Shown: positions 1 through 9,418 of the stretch, piece by piece | Numbering within the stretch: the stretch's first letter is position 1 | Layout: the number at the start of each line of letters is the position of its first letter | Source of the DNA: Candidatus Woesearchaeota archaeon | GTDB lineage: Archaea > Nanobdellota > Nanobdellia > Woesearchaeales > JABGXB01 | Assembly: GCA_018675975.1 (NCBI GenBank) | Contig: JABGXB010000002.1 | Coordinates: 256,098 to 320,097, forward strand | Length of the DNA: 64,000 nt | Reading direction: 5' to 3' | Program-made: the position numbers and the translations under genes | The notes under the pieces: generated by a model | Told to the model about the DNA's origin: nothing | Seen by the model: the letters and a program-made list of their open reading frames with translations, nothing else | Database searches by the model: none

Positions 1-775
1 TTGAAACTACTGCTGCAAAAACTCCATTTTCTGTAAATTCTTTTCTATCAAAATTTTTATAATTATATGTAAAAGGAATTTTATATACTTTAGATTCTAT
101 ATTTGGATCAATTATTAATTCATATTCAATTTCAAAATCAGTATTTGGTTCAATATAATCTATTGTTTTTCTACCAGTTGAACCATAAGGTGCAATTTTT
201 AAATTATCTAAATTTAAACTAACATCAAAATTATATAATCCTTCTTCATTACCATTATGAAATTGTATTTTTATTTTAGAAATATCTCCTGGCTTTAATT
301 GTTCATTTGAATAAGTTACTCCTCTTACTGCAATGTCAGATGTTACTTTTTCAACTTTTAATTGAAAAGAATCCCATAAATGTTTTGAAATTCCACTTAT
401 AATATTAACACTAATTGGATGGTCACCACTATTTACATTTGGTGAAACTTGTGCAGTTGTGTAAAATAATATACTCTCAGATCCAATAATATCTAAATAA
501 AGATCACCAAAATCAAATTCTTTTTCACCAATAAAGGTTAAAATATTTGAATCTTCCAATCTAATTTTTACATTATTAATCGTATCCTTACCAGTATTTT
601 GTAATCTAAACTTAAGATCAACAGTATCACCAGGTTTTACAATTTCTGGATCTTGTGAAATTAAATCTAATTGTAAACCAAATTTATTTCTAAAAGTATT
701 TGCACCAGTAAACGCACTAAAAATAATTACAAGTACTAATAACAATATAATTTTTTTATTATTTTTATTTAACAT
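1..775 (-). CDS. COG1361/CARDB-type S-layer-domain secreted protein (partial, runs off window)
   Basis: Hand-translated from ATG at 775: MLNKNNKKIILLLVLVIIFSAFTG signal peptide, then SQDPEIVKPGDTVDLKFRLQNTG Ig-like repeat; downstream of an ABC ATPase, a common archaeal arrangement. Confidence 0.75.
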   Translation of the reverse strand, partial: MLNKNNKKIILLLVLVIIFSAFTGANTFRNKFGLQLDLISQDPEIVKPGDTVDLKFRLQNTGKDTINNVKIRLEDSNILTFIGEKEFDFGDLYLDIIGSESILFYTTAQVSPNVNSGDHPISVNIISGISKHLWDSFQLKVEKVTSDIAVRGVTYSNEQLKPGDISKIKIQFHNGNEEGLYNFDVSLNLDNLKIAPYGSTGRKTIDYIEPNTDFEIEYELIIDPNIESKVYKIPFTYNYKNFDRKEFTENGVFAAVVS

Positions 776-820
776 TTTTTAATCACACTCATTTTATTCT
801 TATTGAATTTATAATTTTTA

Positions 821-1510
821 TTATCTTTTTTTTCTTTTTTTTATAAGTTGCCCATCTTTTAATAATAATTCAATATCAGTAATTTTTGCAATCTCATTAT
901 CATGGGTTACAATAATAATGGTTTTATTTTGCTCTCGATTTAATTTTAATAAAAAATCTATAATGTTTTTACCATTTTTTGAATCTAGATTTCCAGTTGG
1001 CTCATCACATAATAAAACTTCAGGATCATTAACAAGAGAACGAGCTATTGCAACTCTTTGTTGTTCACCACCAGACATTTCACTAGGCATATGATGCATT
1101 CGTTTTTCTAATCCAACTAAACTTAAATATTTTTTTGCAATTTTATGCCTAGTGGCAATATCAATATTTTGAAAAATCATTGGAAGTGAAACATTATCTA
1201 ATGCAGATAAGGTTTTTATTAAATTAAAATTTTGAAAAATAAATCCTATTTTTTTACCCCTTATTTGAGCTAAATTACTCTCATCCAACATTGCAATATT
1301 TTTACCATCTAAATAAACAATTCCTTTATTTGGAGTATCTAAACACCCAATCATATTAATACATGTTGATTTACCAGAACCAGATGGTCCAATAATAGAC
1401 ACAAATTCTCCCTTTTTAATATCTAAAGAAATTCCTTTAAGGGCACTTACACTAACTTTACCCATTTTATATTCTTTATATACATTTACAAGTTTTATTA
1501 CTTCATCCAT
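821..1510 (-). CDS. ABC transporter ATP-binding protein (LolD/MacB/SalX type)
   Basis: GPSGSGKST Walker A, MSGGEQQRVAIAR signature, LLCDEPTGNLD Walker B, VTHD H-loop. Confidence 0.95.
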   Translation of the reverse strand: MDEVIKLVNVYKEYKMGKVSVSALKGISLDIKKGEFVSIIGPSGSGKSTCINMIGCLDTPNKGIVYLDGKNIAMLDESNLAQIRGKKIGFIFQNFNLIKTLSALDNVSLPMIFQNIDIATRHKIAKKYLSLVGLEKRMHHMPSEMSGGEQQRVAIARSLVNDPEVLLCDEPTGNLDSKNGKNIIDFLLKLNREQNKTIIIVTHDNEIAKITDIELLLKDGQLIKKRKKR

Positions 1511-1561
1511 TTTAAAAATTAATAATCAGTTAATTATAATAATTAGATTTAAATTAAAAAG

Positions 1562-2380
1562 TTATTGTCTCAATTCTTTTAATTTAGACATTAAAATATC
1601 TCTATTTAATTCTTCTTTATCAACTGATCTAATTAAAAGATCTTTTACTTTAGAAACAAAATTCTTTTCATTAAATTTAACACCTGCAAGAACACCTGCA
1701 ATTTTTTTATATTCTTTTGAAACATCGGAATTAGGATATAATTGAGTTATAGGAACTAATTTACTTAATGCTTCTAAAACTTTATGATCATCTCTAATAC
1801 TTGCAAGCACAGGAGTTTGTGTTGAATTTTGTATATCATTTATTGACAATTCATATTTTTTATTTCTAACTTTATTTAAAATTAAACCAGCAATTGGAAT
1901 ATTACTTGATTTTGCAACTTTAACTGCTTGCATAGTAGTAGATAATGTTGGATAATCTGGCGTTGTAATTAGAAATAGAAAATCACTAGATTCTACTACA
2001 CCCATAATTTCATTATTTAAATTAGGTGATGAATCTAAAATTATTAAATCATAATCTTTTTTAGCTCTATTAATTATTTTTTTTAATTTATATGGATTAA
2101 CTTTTTTATTTAATAAATTTGCAGGAATAATGTCAAATCCTAAATTGTGTGTATAAATTGAATCTTTATATTTGGAATATCCATTTAAAACGTGATGTAA
2201 TGTTATTTCTGGATTAATAAGTCCAAAATGTAAGCCTAAGTTTGGTGCAGAAAAGTTACCATCAACTATTAATACTTTTTTATTAAATGATTTTGAAAGA
2301 ATATGACCAAGGCTAGCAACAGTTGTAGTTTTACCAACACCACCTTTAATAGAAATTATTCCAAAAACTTTAGCACCCAT
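1562..2380 (-). CDS. minD: MinD/ParA family ATPase
   Basis: Deviant Walker A KGGVGKTT, LIVDGN, IILDSSP, LILNKV; amphipathic C-terminal segment. Confidence 0.85.
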   Translation of the reverse strand: MGAKVFGIISIKGGVGKTTTVASLGHILSKSFNKKVLIVDGNFSAPNLGLHFGLINPEITLHHVLNGYSKYKDSIYTHNLGFDIIPANLLNKKVNPYKLKKIINRAKKDYDLIILDSSPNLNNEIMGVVESSDFLFLITTPDYPTLSTTMQAVKVAKSSNIPIAGLILNKVRNKKYELSINDIQNSTQTPVLASIRDDHKVLEALSKLVPITQLYPNSDVSKEYKKIAGVLAGVKFNEKNFVSKVKDLLIRSVDKEELNRDILMSKLKELRQ

Positions 2381-2453
2381 GATGACCTCTTTTTATATTA
2401 TACAATATATAATAAGAAATGCTAAACTATGTTTATAAATGTTACTTTAAAAA

Positions 2454-3776
2454 CTATTCAAAATATTTTTTTTCTTTTTTTATAGCAACTGGATCTTCAC
2501 CACCATGCCAAGTAAATCTTGGACGAAATTGCATTGGATACATTCTTTCATTATTATCATCAAAAATAATTGATGCACCTTTTTTTTTTGGTAATTCATT
2601 TAGGTAACCATCTAAACCAGATCTCATATAAGATTGCATTAATGTACCAAGTGCATCAGTATCAATTTTTGCAGTAATTCTATGCGAAATAACAGTATCA
2701 CTTTGCGTTAATACGTCTGTATGTATTTTACCGGGTTGTTGAGTTGCTAAAATCATACTAATACCTGGTTGCCGTCCTTCTCTTAAGATTGTAATTAATG
2801 AATCAGTTGCAAGTGTTTTTCCATGAACTGGTAAAAACTCATGTGCTTCATCAATAATTAACCAAACCATTGGCATTTCTTGTTTTTTTTTTGATGCATC
2901 TTTTTGAGTAAAATAATGCATTGATTGATTAATTGCCTCAAACTCTTCATACTTTCTTGAAATCATTCTATAATTAAACAATTTTTTTGCAACTAAGCCA
3001 ATAACCATTGACTTGATTTCCCATCCATTTTTAACAGTAGCATATGCAGAAACATCAAGTATACTAACTTGTCCTCCTTTTGAGAGTGAAATTAAATCAG
3101 TACCATTTTTATCAAATATTCCCCAATTAATTGCATTTTCTAATAAATTAGTTAAAGCTAATTTGGTATTTTTTTCTATATCTTCTTCTTTTTTAACATA
3201 TTTTATTATTTCTGACAAATCATAATCTGAAGTTATTTTATGTATTTTATTTAATACATTTTCAAAAACAATTCCAATAGGACCATATTGATCAATTTTA
3301 AATAACATAGCCCAATCAGTAATTTCCATTTCTTTTGGTTTTATTGCAAATGGTACATCAACAGGAATTCCCCTTTTTTTATAATCATTATAAAAACCAA
3401 TAGGACAATAAATATTAACATTTAATGGTTTTGCAGAAACACCCCATTCTTTTAATATGGATTCTTCTTTTTTATTTGGATATTTCATAGTCCAATAAAT
3501 TCCCATAGTATCTAACATTATAATTGATAAGTTTTGAGATATTTCTGGCTCTAAATCAATCATACCCTCGGCAATTACACCCATAGTATAACTTTTACCC
3601 GTTCCTCTTTTACCAACAACAAAAATTTGATGTGCTCTAGATACATCTAAATAGACAGGATTTGCTAAACTAACATCATGACCCATTTTAATATATGATT
3701 TTCCAATATAAACAGTACCCTTTTTACCCCATTTTTTTTTATCAGAAGAACTTCTACCAACAACTATGTCAATCAT
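2454..3776 (-). CDS. HerA/FtsK-like P-loop ATPase (DUF87 family)
   Basis: GKRGTGKS Walker A, LIIDEAHEF Walker B, LREGRQPG arginine finger, LATQQP motif. Confidence 0.85.
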   Translation of the reverse strand: MIDIVVGRSSSDKKKWGKKGTVYIGKSYIKMGHDVSLANPVYLDVSRAHQIFVVGKRGTGKSYTMGVIAEGMIDLEPEISQNLSIIMLDTMGIYWTMKYPNKKEESILKEWGVSAKPLNVNIYCPIGFYNDYKKRGIPVDVPFAIKPKEMEITDWAMLFKIDQYGPIGIVFENVLNKIHKITSDYDLSEIIKYVKKEEDIEKNTKLALTNLLENAINWGIFDKNGTDLISLSKGGQVSILDVSAYATVKNGWEIKSMVIGLVAKKLFNYRMISRKYEEFEAINQSMHYFTQKDASKKKQEMPMVWLIIDEAHEFLPVHGKTLATDSLITILREGRQPGISMILATQQPGKIHTDVLTQSDTVISHRITAKIDTDALGTLMQSYMRSGLDGYLNELPKKKGASIIFDDNNERMYPMQFRPRFTWHGGEDPVAIKKEKKYFE

Positions 3777-3826
3777 ATATTAATTTAATATTATTTGATT
3801 TATAAATCACACTAAAAAAAAGCAAT

Positions 3827-3929
3827 AATGGGATAATAAAGTTGGTAAGTTTGGATGGCAAGCTTTATTATCAAACAATTAAATATCTTTTTGCCGTTCC
3901 CAGATATAAAATTTTTATATTGCCCCATT
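3827..3929 (+). ncRNA. Candidate structured non-coding RNA (unknown family)
   Basis: Closing stem 3827-3832/3924-3929, hairpins 3832-3872 and 3883-3907, loop-loop complementarity; TATA-like TTTATAAA at 3799-3806. Confidence 0.35.
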
Positions 3930-4078
3930 TTAATTATTCAACAATAAAATATGAACTTTTTGTATGTATAGTACGGGATAACGTAATTTTATTAATAAAT
4001 CAATTATCTTTATAAATAAATCAAAAAGACAGATAATAGAATCATTTTGTTAAATACAAAAAGATATCGGAGATTAAA

Positions 4079-4252
4079 ATGGTAAAAAATTTTTTAAAAG
4101 TACAATGTAAAGAATGTAATAATGAACAAAATATTTTTGGCTATGCAAAATCTATTGTAAAGTGTGTGGTTTGTAAAAATGTTTTAGCAAAACCAACTGG
4201 CGGAAAAGCAAAGTTAGAAAAAGCTGAATTAAAAGAGGAGCTTGAATGTTAA
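4079..4252 (+). CDS. rps27e: 30S ribosomal protein S27e (not in ORF track)
   Basis: MVKNFLKVQCKECNNEQNIFGYAKSIVKCVVCKNVLAKPTGGKA zinc ribbon; conserved position before aIF2-alpha. Confidence 0.95.
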   Translation: MVKNFLKVQCKECNNEQNIFGYAKSIVKCVVCKNVLAKPTGGKAKLEKAELKEELEC

Positions 4253-5049
4253 TAAAAAGAGAAGGCCTTCCAGATCTTAGCGAAATTGTAATATGCACAG
4301 TAAAAAGTATTTCTAATGCAATAGTATTTGTAAATTTAGATGAATATGAAAATAAACAAGGACTAATACATATCTCAGAGATTTCCCCAGGTAGAATTCG
4401 AAATATTAGAGATTATGTAAAAGAAGGAAAAAAAATTGTTTGTAAAATATTAACAGTAAATAAAGAGAAAAATCAAATTGATTTATCTTTGAGAAGAGTT
4501 AATGAAAGTGCAAGAAGAGAAAAAGTTGATGAACTTAAACATGAAAAAATTGCTGAGAGTATTATTGACTCAAGTGCAAAAGAATTGAAATTAAAAACTA
4601 TAGAATTATATAAAATAATTTGGAAAAAAATAAATAAAAATTATGATTATTTCTATCCTCTATTTGAAGAAACTGTTGTTGAAGGAGAATCAAAATTAGA
4701 AAAATTAAAAATTGATGAAAATCAAATTAAAGTATTGTGTAAATATATTAAACAAAGAATTAAACCACCTGTTATTGAAATAGATGGAAAATACAATATT
4801 TTTTCATATAGACCCAATGGAGCAGAATGCATAAAAGAAATTTTTAAGAAAGCAATTAAAAAAGTAAAAGATGATGAAGTTGTTTTCAAATATATCGGAT
4901 CTGGGATTTATTCATTTAAAGTAAAAGCAAAAACATATCAAGATGGTGAAAATATAATTAAAAAATTTCACCCATTATTTGAAAATGAATTTAATGATGA
5001 TCCAATGACTACTTATAGTTTTGATAGACAAAAAAAAAGTAATAAGTAA
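4246..5049 (+). CDS. eif2a: Translation initiation factor 2 subunit alpha
   Basis: S1 domain GLIHISEISPGRIRNIRDYVKEG...IDLSLRRV; between rps27e and nop10. Confidence 0.95.
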   Translation: MLIKREGLPDLSEIVICTVKSISNAIVFVNLDEYENKQGLIHISEISPGRIRNIRDYVKEGKKIVCKILTVNKEKNQIDLSLRRVNESARREKVDELKHEKIAESIIDSSAKELKLKTIELYKIIWKKINKNYDYFYPLFEETVVEGESKLEKLKIDENQIKVLCKYIKQRIKPPVIEIDGKYNIFSYRPNGAECIKEIFKKAIKKVKDDEVVFKYIGSGIYSFKVKAKTYQDGENIIKKFHPLFENEFNDDPMTTYSFDRQKKSNK

Positions 5050-5051
5050 AA

Positions 5052-5231
5052 ATGGCAAAGTCAATAAATAAATGTCATGAGTGTAATATTTATTCTATAA
5101 AGGACAGTTGTCCTAATTGTAATAATAAAATTAGTGAAGAAAAACCAGGTAAATTTTCTGTTGAAGACAAATATGGTGAATATAGAAGAAAAGCTAAAAA
5201 GGAAATATTAAAAGAAAAAAATTTATATTAA
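5052..5231 (+). CDS. nop10: H/ACA RNP protein Nop10 (not in ORF track)
   Basis: KCHECNIYSIKDSCPNC...PGKFSVEDKYGEYRR matches the Nop10 pattern; conserved synteny. Confidence 0.9.
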   Translation: MAKSINKCHECNIYSIKDSCPNCNNKISEEKPGKFSVEDKYGEYRRKAKKEILKEKNLY

Positions 5232-5662
5232 TCCATAGCTAAAAATCTATTTGTATATTGATAATCATCACCAATTATTTTTAATTCATATTCGCCAACA
5301 GTGATATTTGAAATATTATACTCATTTGAAAAAGCTCCAATCAATACATCTTCTGTTTGATTAATAATAATTTTTCCTTCATTTAAATCGTAAAATAAAA
5401 TATTAATTTTTTCATTAAATACTACACCAGATTTTAAAATAATTAAATTATTCTGATCAATATTTATTTGATCTAATTCTTTTTTAGATGTACTATTTTC
5501 CAAAATATAAGAGTCAAAACTGGGAGTTAAAAAACTTAAAAAATAAAATACTATGAAAACAATTGCAACTATTAATGCCCACTTAAATAAAAATTTTAAA
5601 ATTTTATATATGAAAATTAATAAAAATAATACAATTAATATAATAATAATTTCTTTTATCAT
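5228..5662 (-). CDS. Hypothetical membrane protein with small C-terminal beta domain
   Basis: Two N-terminal hydrophobic helices; overlaps the upstream gene. Confidence 0.6.
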   Translation of the reverse strand: MIKEIIIILIVLFLLIFIYKILKFLFKWALIVAIVFIVFYFLSFLTPSFDSYILENSTSKKELDQINIDQNNLIILKSGVVFNEKINILFYDLNEGKIIINQTEDVLIGAFSNEYNISNITVGEYELKIIGDDYQYTNRFLAMD

Positions 5663-6372
5663 TCTTTACTAAAGATTTTTTTAAATTCGTCTAAAATATT
5701 AGATTTTAAATCGCTTTTATTTTCTATTGATTCTAAATCATTTTCTTCCACTTCATTTAATTCTTCTTTATCCTCTACTTCATTATCACTTTCAGAAATA
5801 TTTTTTATATCAAATCTATTTTTTAATTGAAAAATGACATCATTTTTATCAATTGAATTATTAATTTCACTAGAATTTAATTCCACTTCTTTTTGTTCCA
5901 TTTGCTCAGAAATTGAACTTTGTTCAGTATTTAAATCATTTATATGAACAAAATTTGTATCTTTTTTAAATATTTTACCAAATAAATTTTGAAATTTTGA
6001 ATCTTTATTACTATTTTTTAATTTTAAATCTCCTTTTTCAAAAAAAAGCCCTCCTGAAAAATTTTTATCTTTAAGTTTAAGTCCATCTATGTATGAACCA
6101 GACTCAGAAACAGAATTACTTAAATTTTGTTTTAATTTTTTTGATTTATCTTCAGAAATATTTTGACATACTTTTAAAAAATCTAATTTAAAATTACCAT
6201 CAAAATTTAAATTATTTGTTAAATTCTCATCAAATTTTTGATCAAAATTATTTGAACTTGAAATTTTAATCTTATCATTAGAGGGGATTTCCCTTGTTTT
6301 GTCTTTTTCGAGTAATTCTGCAACTCTTTTATTTTTTTTAGGATTTATTATATCCTCATACTTAATATCCAA
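5659..6372 (-). CDS. Hypothetical low-complexity protein
   Basis: 237-aa ORF, TTG start with GGGTG SD-like motif; N/K/S/E-rich. Confidence 0.55.
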   Translation of the reverse strand: MDIKYEDIINPKKNKRVAELLEKDKTREIPSNDKIKISSSNNFDQKFDENLTNNLNFDGNFKLDFLKVCQNISEDKSKKLKQNLSNSVSESGSYIDGLKLKDKNFSGGLFFEKGDLKLKNSNKDSKFQNLFGKIFKKDTNFVHINDLNTEQSSISEQMEQKEVELNSSEINNSIDKNDVIFQLKNRFDIKNISESDNEVEDKEELNEVEENDLESIENKSDLKSNILDEFKKIFSKE

Positions 6373-6423
6373 TCAAACACCCTTTTTAATAAAAATATAG
6401 ACAATTTTCTTTATAAATTTATT

Positions 6424-7317
6424 TTAATCATCATCATTTATATCATTATATGACATTTTATGAATAAACTTTTTATGTTTATCAATTAATGACTTAACTT
6501 TTTTTGATTTATTGAAAATTTCCGATTTATGATTTCTCTTATATAATTCTTTTTTATGATTCAAATATGACTTTAAACCAAATTTAGATCTATTTGTATT
6601 TAAATTATCATTATTATTTGATTTTTTAACTTTATTAAAATCAAAAACTACAAATGCACACAATACTAATGCAATTGCAAAAAATGCATATAATGAATTA
6701 CTAGAAAAATCACTTAAATTCAAATTAAATCCGCCTGTTAAATCATTTTCAATCTTAGTAATTGAATTATTATTATTATATTCAGGTAAATTATAATTTT
6801 CTTTATAATTAGTATTTGAAATTTCTGATAATAAATTATCTATTAAAAAAATATCACTCTCATCAAAATCTTGAAAAAATTCATTTTTTTCTATATAATT
6901 ATTTAATTTTTCTAAATCTAATTCATTAATTAAACTAATATTATCAAACATTACAATAATTTCCTCAAATTTATATTTTTCCTTTGAATTTTCTAAATTC
7001 CACTCAATAATATAAATCCCTTTTTTATCAAAACTATAATCTAATGAAATTAAATTATCCTTATTTAAAATTATATTTAAATTATCAATTTTATCTAATA
7101 ATTTACCATCTTTTTTAATTAATAAATAGAAATTAAAATCATTTTTAGAAATATTATCAGGTAATTTAACTTTTAAATTTAATAAAAAATCATCATTTAT
7201 TTGAATAATATTATCACTATTCCCAATTAATTCAATTTGATTAGCAGAAGAAAAATTAATTAAAAACATACTAATTAAAATTAATGATAAAAAAAATCTA
7301 AATATTTTAATACACAT
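6424..7317 (-). CDS. Hypothetical exported protein with C-terminal TM anchor
   Basis: Signal peptide, Ig-like beta region, TM helix, basic tail. Confidence 0.6.
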   Translation of the reverse strand: MCIKIFRFFLSLILISMFLINFSSANQIELIGNSDNIIQINDDFLLNLKVKLPDNISKNDFNFYLLIKKDGKLLDKIDNLNIILNKDNLISLDYSFDKKGIYIIEWNLENSKEKYKFEEIIVMFDNISLINELDLEKLNNYIEKNEFFQDFDESDIFLIDNLLSEISNTNYKENYNLPEYNNNNSITKIENDLTGGFNLNLSDFSSNSLYAFFAIALVLCAFVVFDFNKVKKSNNNDNLNTNRSKFGLKSYLNHKKELYKRNHKSEIFNKSKKVKSLIDKHKKFIHKMSYNDINDDD

Positions 7318-7372
7318 GATATATTTTAGTAAATAGAGTTAATAAATATTTCTTTATAAAAAAATTAAAAAA

Positions 7373-7966
7373 TTATTTTAACAAGTTATGGCTTGAATAA
7401 AAACGTAAACCATTGGATTTTAATTCATAAATATGGGCACCAACATTAACATCAGATTCTTTAAGTAGTGACATCTCACCTATAACTCCAACAGATTCAA
7501 TCATATCTGATAAATTTCCTTTATTTAATCTCTCATTAAATTCTAATGTCACTAATCTTTTTTTAGTATCTAAATCTACTAAAGTGTCTTCATTAAAATG
7601 TGAAATTAACTTTGTTCCAATTAAAGGAATTCTTTCACCCACAACATTCAGTGTAGTTAATAAATCAGAATATGTTTTATCATCTATAAATACACCAACC
7701 ATACCCTCTCTTGTCATCAAGTGTAATTTATGTCCAGAATCCACATAATCAAACTCTGTCTGTCTGTAAAGAAATTTAAATTTTTGTTTTTCATCTAAAC
7801 GTTTTCTAAGATCAGTACTAAAAATATCCCCACCTGTCCATGCATCAACAATCCATGCAGCATATTTGAAACTATTAATGGGATCATAAGCATGTCTTAA
7901 ACCAGTTTTTAATGCATCTAAATTTTCAAGTGTACAATTACTATACCAAGATTTATTATTTTCCAT
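7373..7966 (-). CDS. Hypothetical protein, paralog of 8129..8719
   Basis: Shared motifs YxAxIVDxW, FKFL, HLxTRxGMV, DLDT, LxTLE, GLxFYS. Confidence 0.75.
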   Translation of the reverse strand: MENNKSWYSNCTLENLDALKTGLRHAYDPINSFKYAAWIVDAWTGGDIFSTDLRKRLDEKQKFKFLYRQTEFDYVDSGHKLHLMTREGMVGVFIDDKTYSDLLTTLNVVGERIPLIGTKLISHFNEDTLVDLDTKKRLVTLEFNERLNKGNLSDMIESVGVIGEMSLLKESDVNVGAHIYELKSNGLRFYSSHNLLK

Positions 7967-8031
7967 TTTATTTTAGTTGATTGATATTATTTATAATAAT
8001 TATGAACATTAAAAATATAAGCTCTTGGTGA
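7955..8031. repeat. 77-bp direct repeat copy 1 (gene start, promoter, tRNA-Thr 3' end)
   Basis: 73/77 identical to 8708-8784 by manual alignment; ends in GCTCTTGGTGA, the antisense of the tRNA-Thr 3' end. Confidence 0.92.
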
Positions 8032-8132
8032 ATATAGAAAAAGAATCAAACGACATGGCAAAGTATTTTAATAATTTAGAAAAAAGCTATACAGATTTTC
8101 TTAACATATCAAAAAAAAAATTAAAAAATTAA
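8031..8132 (+). pseudogene. Fragment homologous to codons 14-46 of the gene at 9042..9386
   Basis: NIEKESNDMAKYFNNLEKSYTDFLNISKKKLKN vs NIETESKDTSIYFNQLENSFENFINISKKKLKL, 21/33 identical, ungapped. Confidence 0.85.
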
Positions 8133-8719
8133 CTAAGGTCTTGAGTTGAATAGAACAATAAACCTTTATTATTTAAACGATAAAAATGAACGGGGATCTT
8201 ATCACTAAATAAATTTATTATATTTCCAGCATTCTTAATTAAAGTATCTAAATTTTTATCTTGATCTGATTTTTTATATTCTAAAGTCAATAAATTTTCT
8301 CTTGTATCCAAATCAGTAAAGGTTTGTTCACTAGTATAAACTCCCAATCTTCTTTTTAATAAAGAACTTGGATCTTCTGAACCAACAACACCTAATAAAT
8401 TCTTAAAAATTGATTCATTTAAATTTACAAATACCATTCCATCTCGAGTTATTAAATGCATATTCCATCCTGAAAATAAATCAACATCAGTATCACCATG
8501 TAAGAACTTAAAATGGTTTGTTTGTTTTTTCAGTTCAAGTGAAGTGTCATAATCCAAAAGAGGTCCCTTATTCCAAACATCAACAATAAATGCACCATAG
8601 GCTTGAATTTTATATGCATCACCAATTTTTAAATTACCCACAGATCTTTCAAATTCCTCTCTAGAATTGAATCCACTAAACCACTCTTCTTTTTTTGATA
8701 ATTCATAATTATTTTCCAT
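8129..8719 (-). CDS. Hypothetical protein, paralog of 7373..7966
   Basis: Same MENN start and shared motifs; directly downstream of tRNA-Thr. Confidence 0.75.
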   Translation of the reverse strand: MENNYELSKKEEWFSGFNSREEFERSVGNLKIGDAYKIQAYGAFIVDVWNKGPLLDYDTSLELKKQTNHFKFLHGDTDVDLFSGWNMHLITRDGMVFVNLNESIFKNLLGVVGSEDPSSLLKRRLGVYTSEQTFTDLDTRENLLTLEYKKSDQDKNLDTLIKNAGNIINLFSDKIPVHFYRLNNKGLLFYSTQDLS

Positions 8720-8784
8720 TTTATTTTAGTTGATTGATATTATTTATAATAATTGTTAACATTAAGAACATAAGCTCTTGGTGA
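8708..8784. repeat. 77-bp direct repeat copy 2
   Basis: Matches 7955-8031 and runs into the intact tRNA-Thr. Confidence 0.92.
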
Positions 8785-8844
8785 GAATCGAACTCACGAC
8801 CTCTACCTTACCAAGGTAACGCTATACCACTAAGCCACAAGAGC
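8773..8844 (-). tRNA. tRNA-Thr(GGT)
   Basis: Cloverleaf: acceptor GCTCTTG/CAAGAGC, anticodon loop TTGGTAA, T-loop TTCGATT; no encoded CCA. Confidence 0.95.
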
Positions 8845-8860
8845 AGAAATATAAAAAAAG

Positions 8861-8945
8861 TGAGAGGGATGGGATTCGAACCCACGAACACCAAAGTGAC
8901 AGGATCTTAAGTCCTGCGCATTTGACCAGACTTTGCTACCCTCTC
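8861..8945 (-). tRNA. tRNA-Leu(TAA)
   Basis: Acceptor GAGAGGG/CCCTCTC, anticodon arm CAGGA-CTTAAGA-TCCTG, long variable arm, T-loop TTCGAAT. Confidence 0.95.
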
Positions 8946-9041
8946 AAGGGTAATTATGCAAATTTATATTACATTTATAAAATTAACTACGATCAAAACA
9001 ATAATAAACAAATTAATAAATTAAGTTGAATAAAAAACATC

Positions 9042-9386
9042 ATGGATCAAATTATTGAACAAACAAATAATAGAATTGAAAATATTGAAACTGAATCAAA
9101 AGATACATCAATATATTTTAATCAATTAGAAAATAGTTTTGAAAATTTTATAAATATTTCAAAAAAAAAATTAAAATTATTAAATGAAGATTTATTTGAA
9201 TATAAAAAAAAATTAAATAGAATTAAAATTGAGTCACAAGTAATAATTAAGAGTATTCAAAACAAAGGAAAATTTGAAGACTTAAATAAACTAAAAAGTT
9301 TAATTGAAAAATTACAAATTGAATCGCTTGCAACAATAAAAGATTTAGATAAAAAAATAGATGATATTAAAAAAGGTTATCAATAA
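9042..9386 (+). CDS. Hypothetical coiled-coil protein
   Basis: 114-aa ORF with heptad pattern; a relic copy lies at 8031-8132. Confidence 0.7.
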   Translation: MDQIIEQTNNRIENIETESKDTSIYFNQLENSFENFINISKKKLKLLNEDLFEYKKKLNRIKIESQVIIKSIQNKGKFEDLNKLKSLIEKLQIESLATIKDLDKKIDDIKKGYQ

Positions 9387-9418
9387 CATTTTTAAATTAA
9401 TTATAATATTCATTTTAT

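Noticed and set aside
3827..3929. 5S rRNA, known riboswitch, or rpl44e remnant
   Set aside because: No CCGAAC loop, no purine/lysine/cobalamin consensus, and the short ORFs I translated here do not resemble L44e
7373..8844. Integrated virus or plasmid at tRNA-Thr
   Set aside because: Only about 750 bp between the repeats; no integrase, replication or capsid genes
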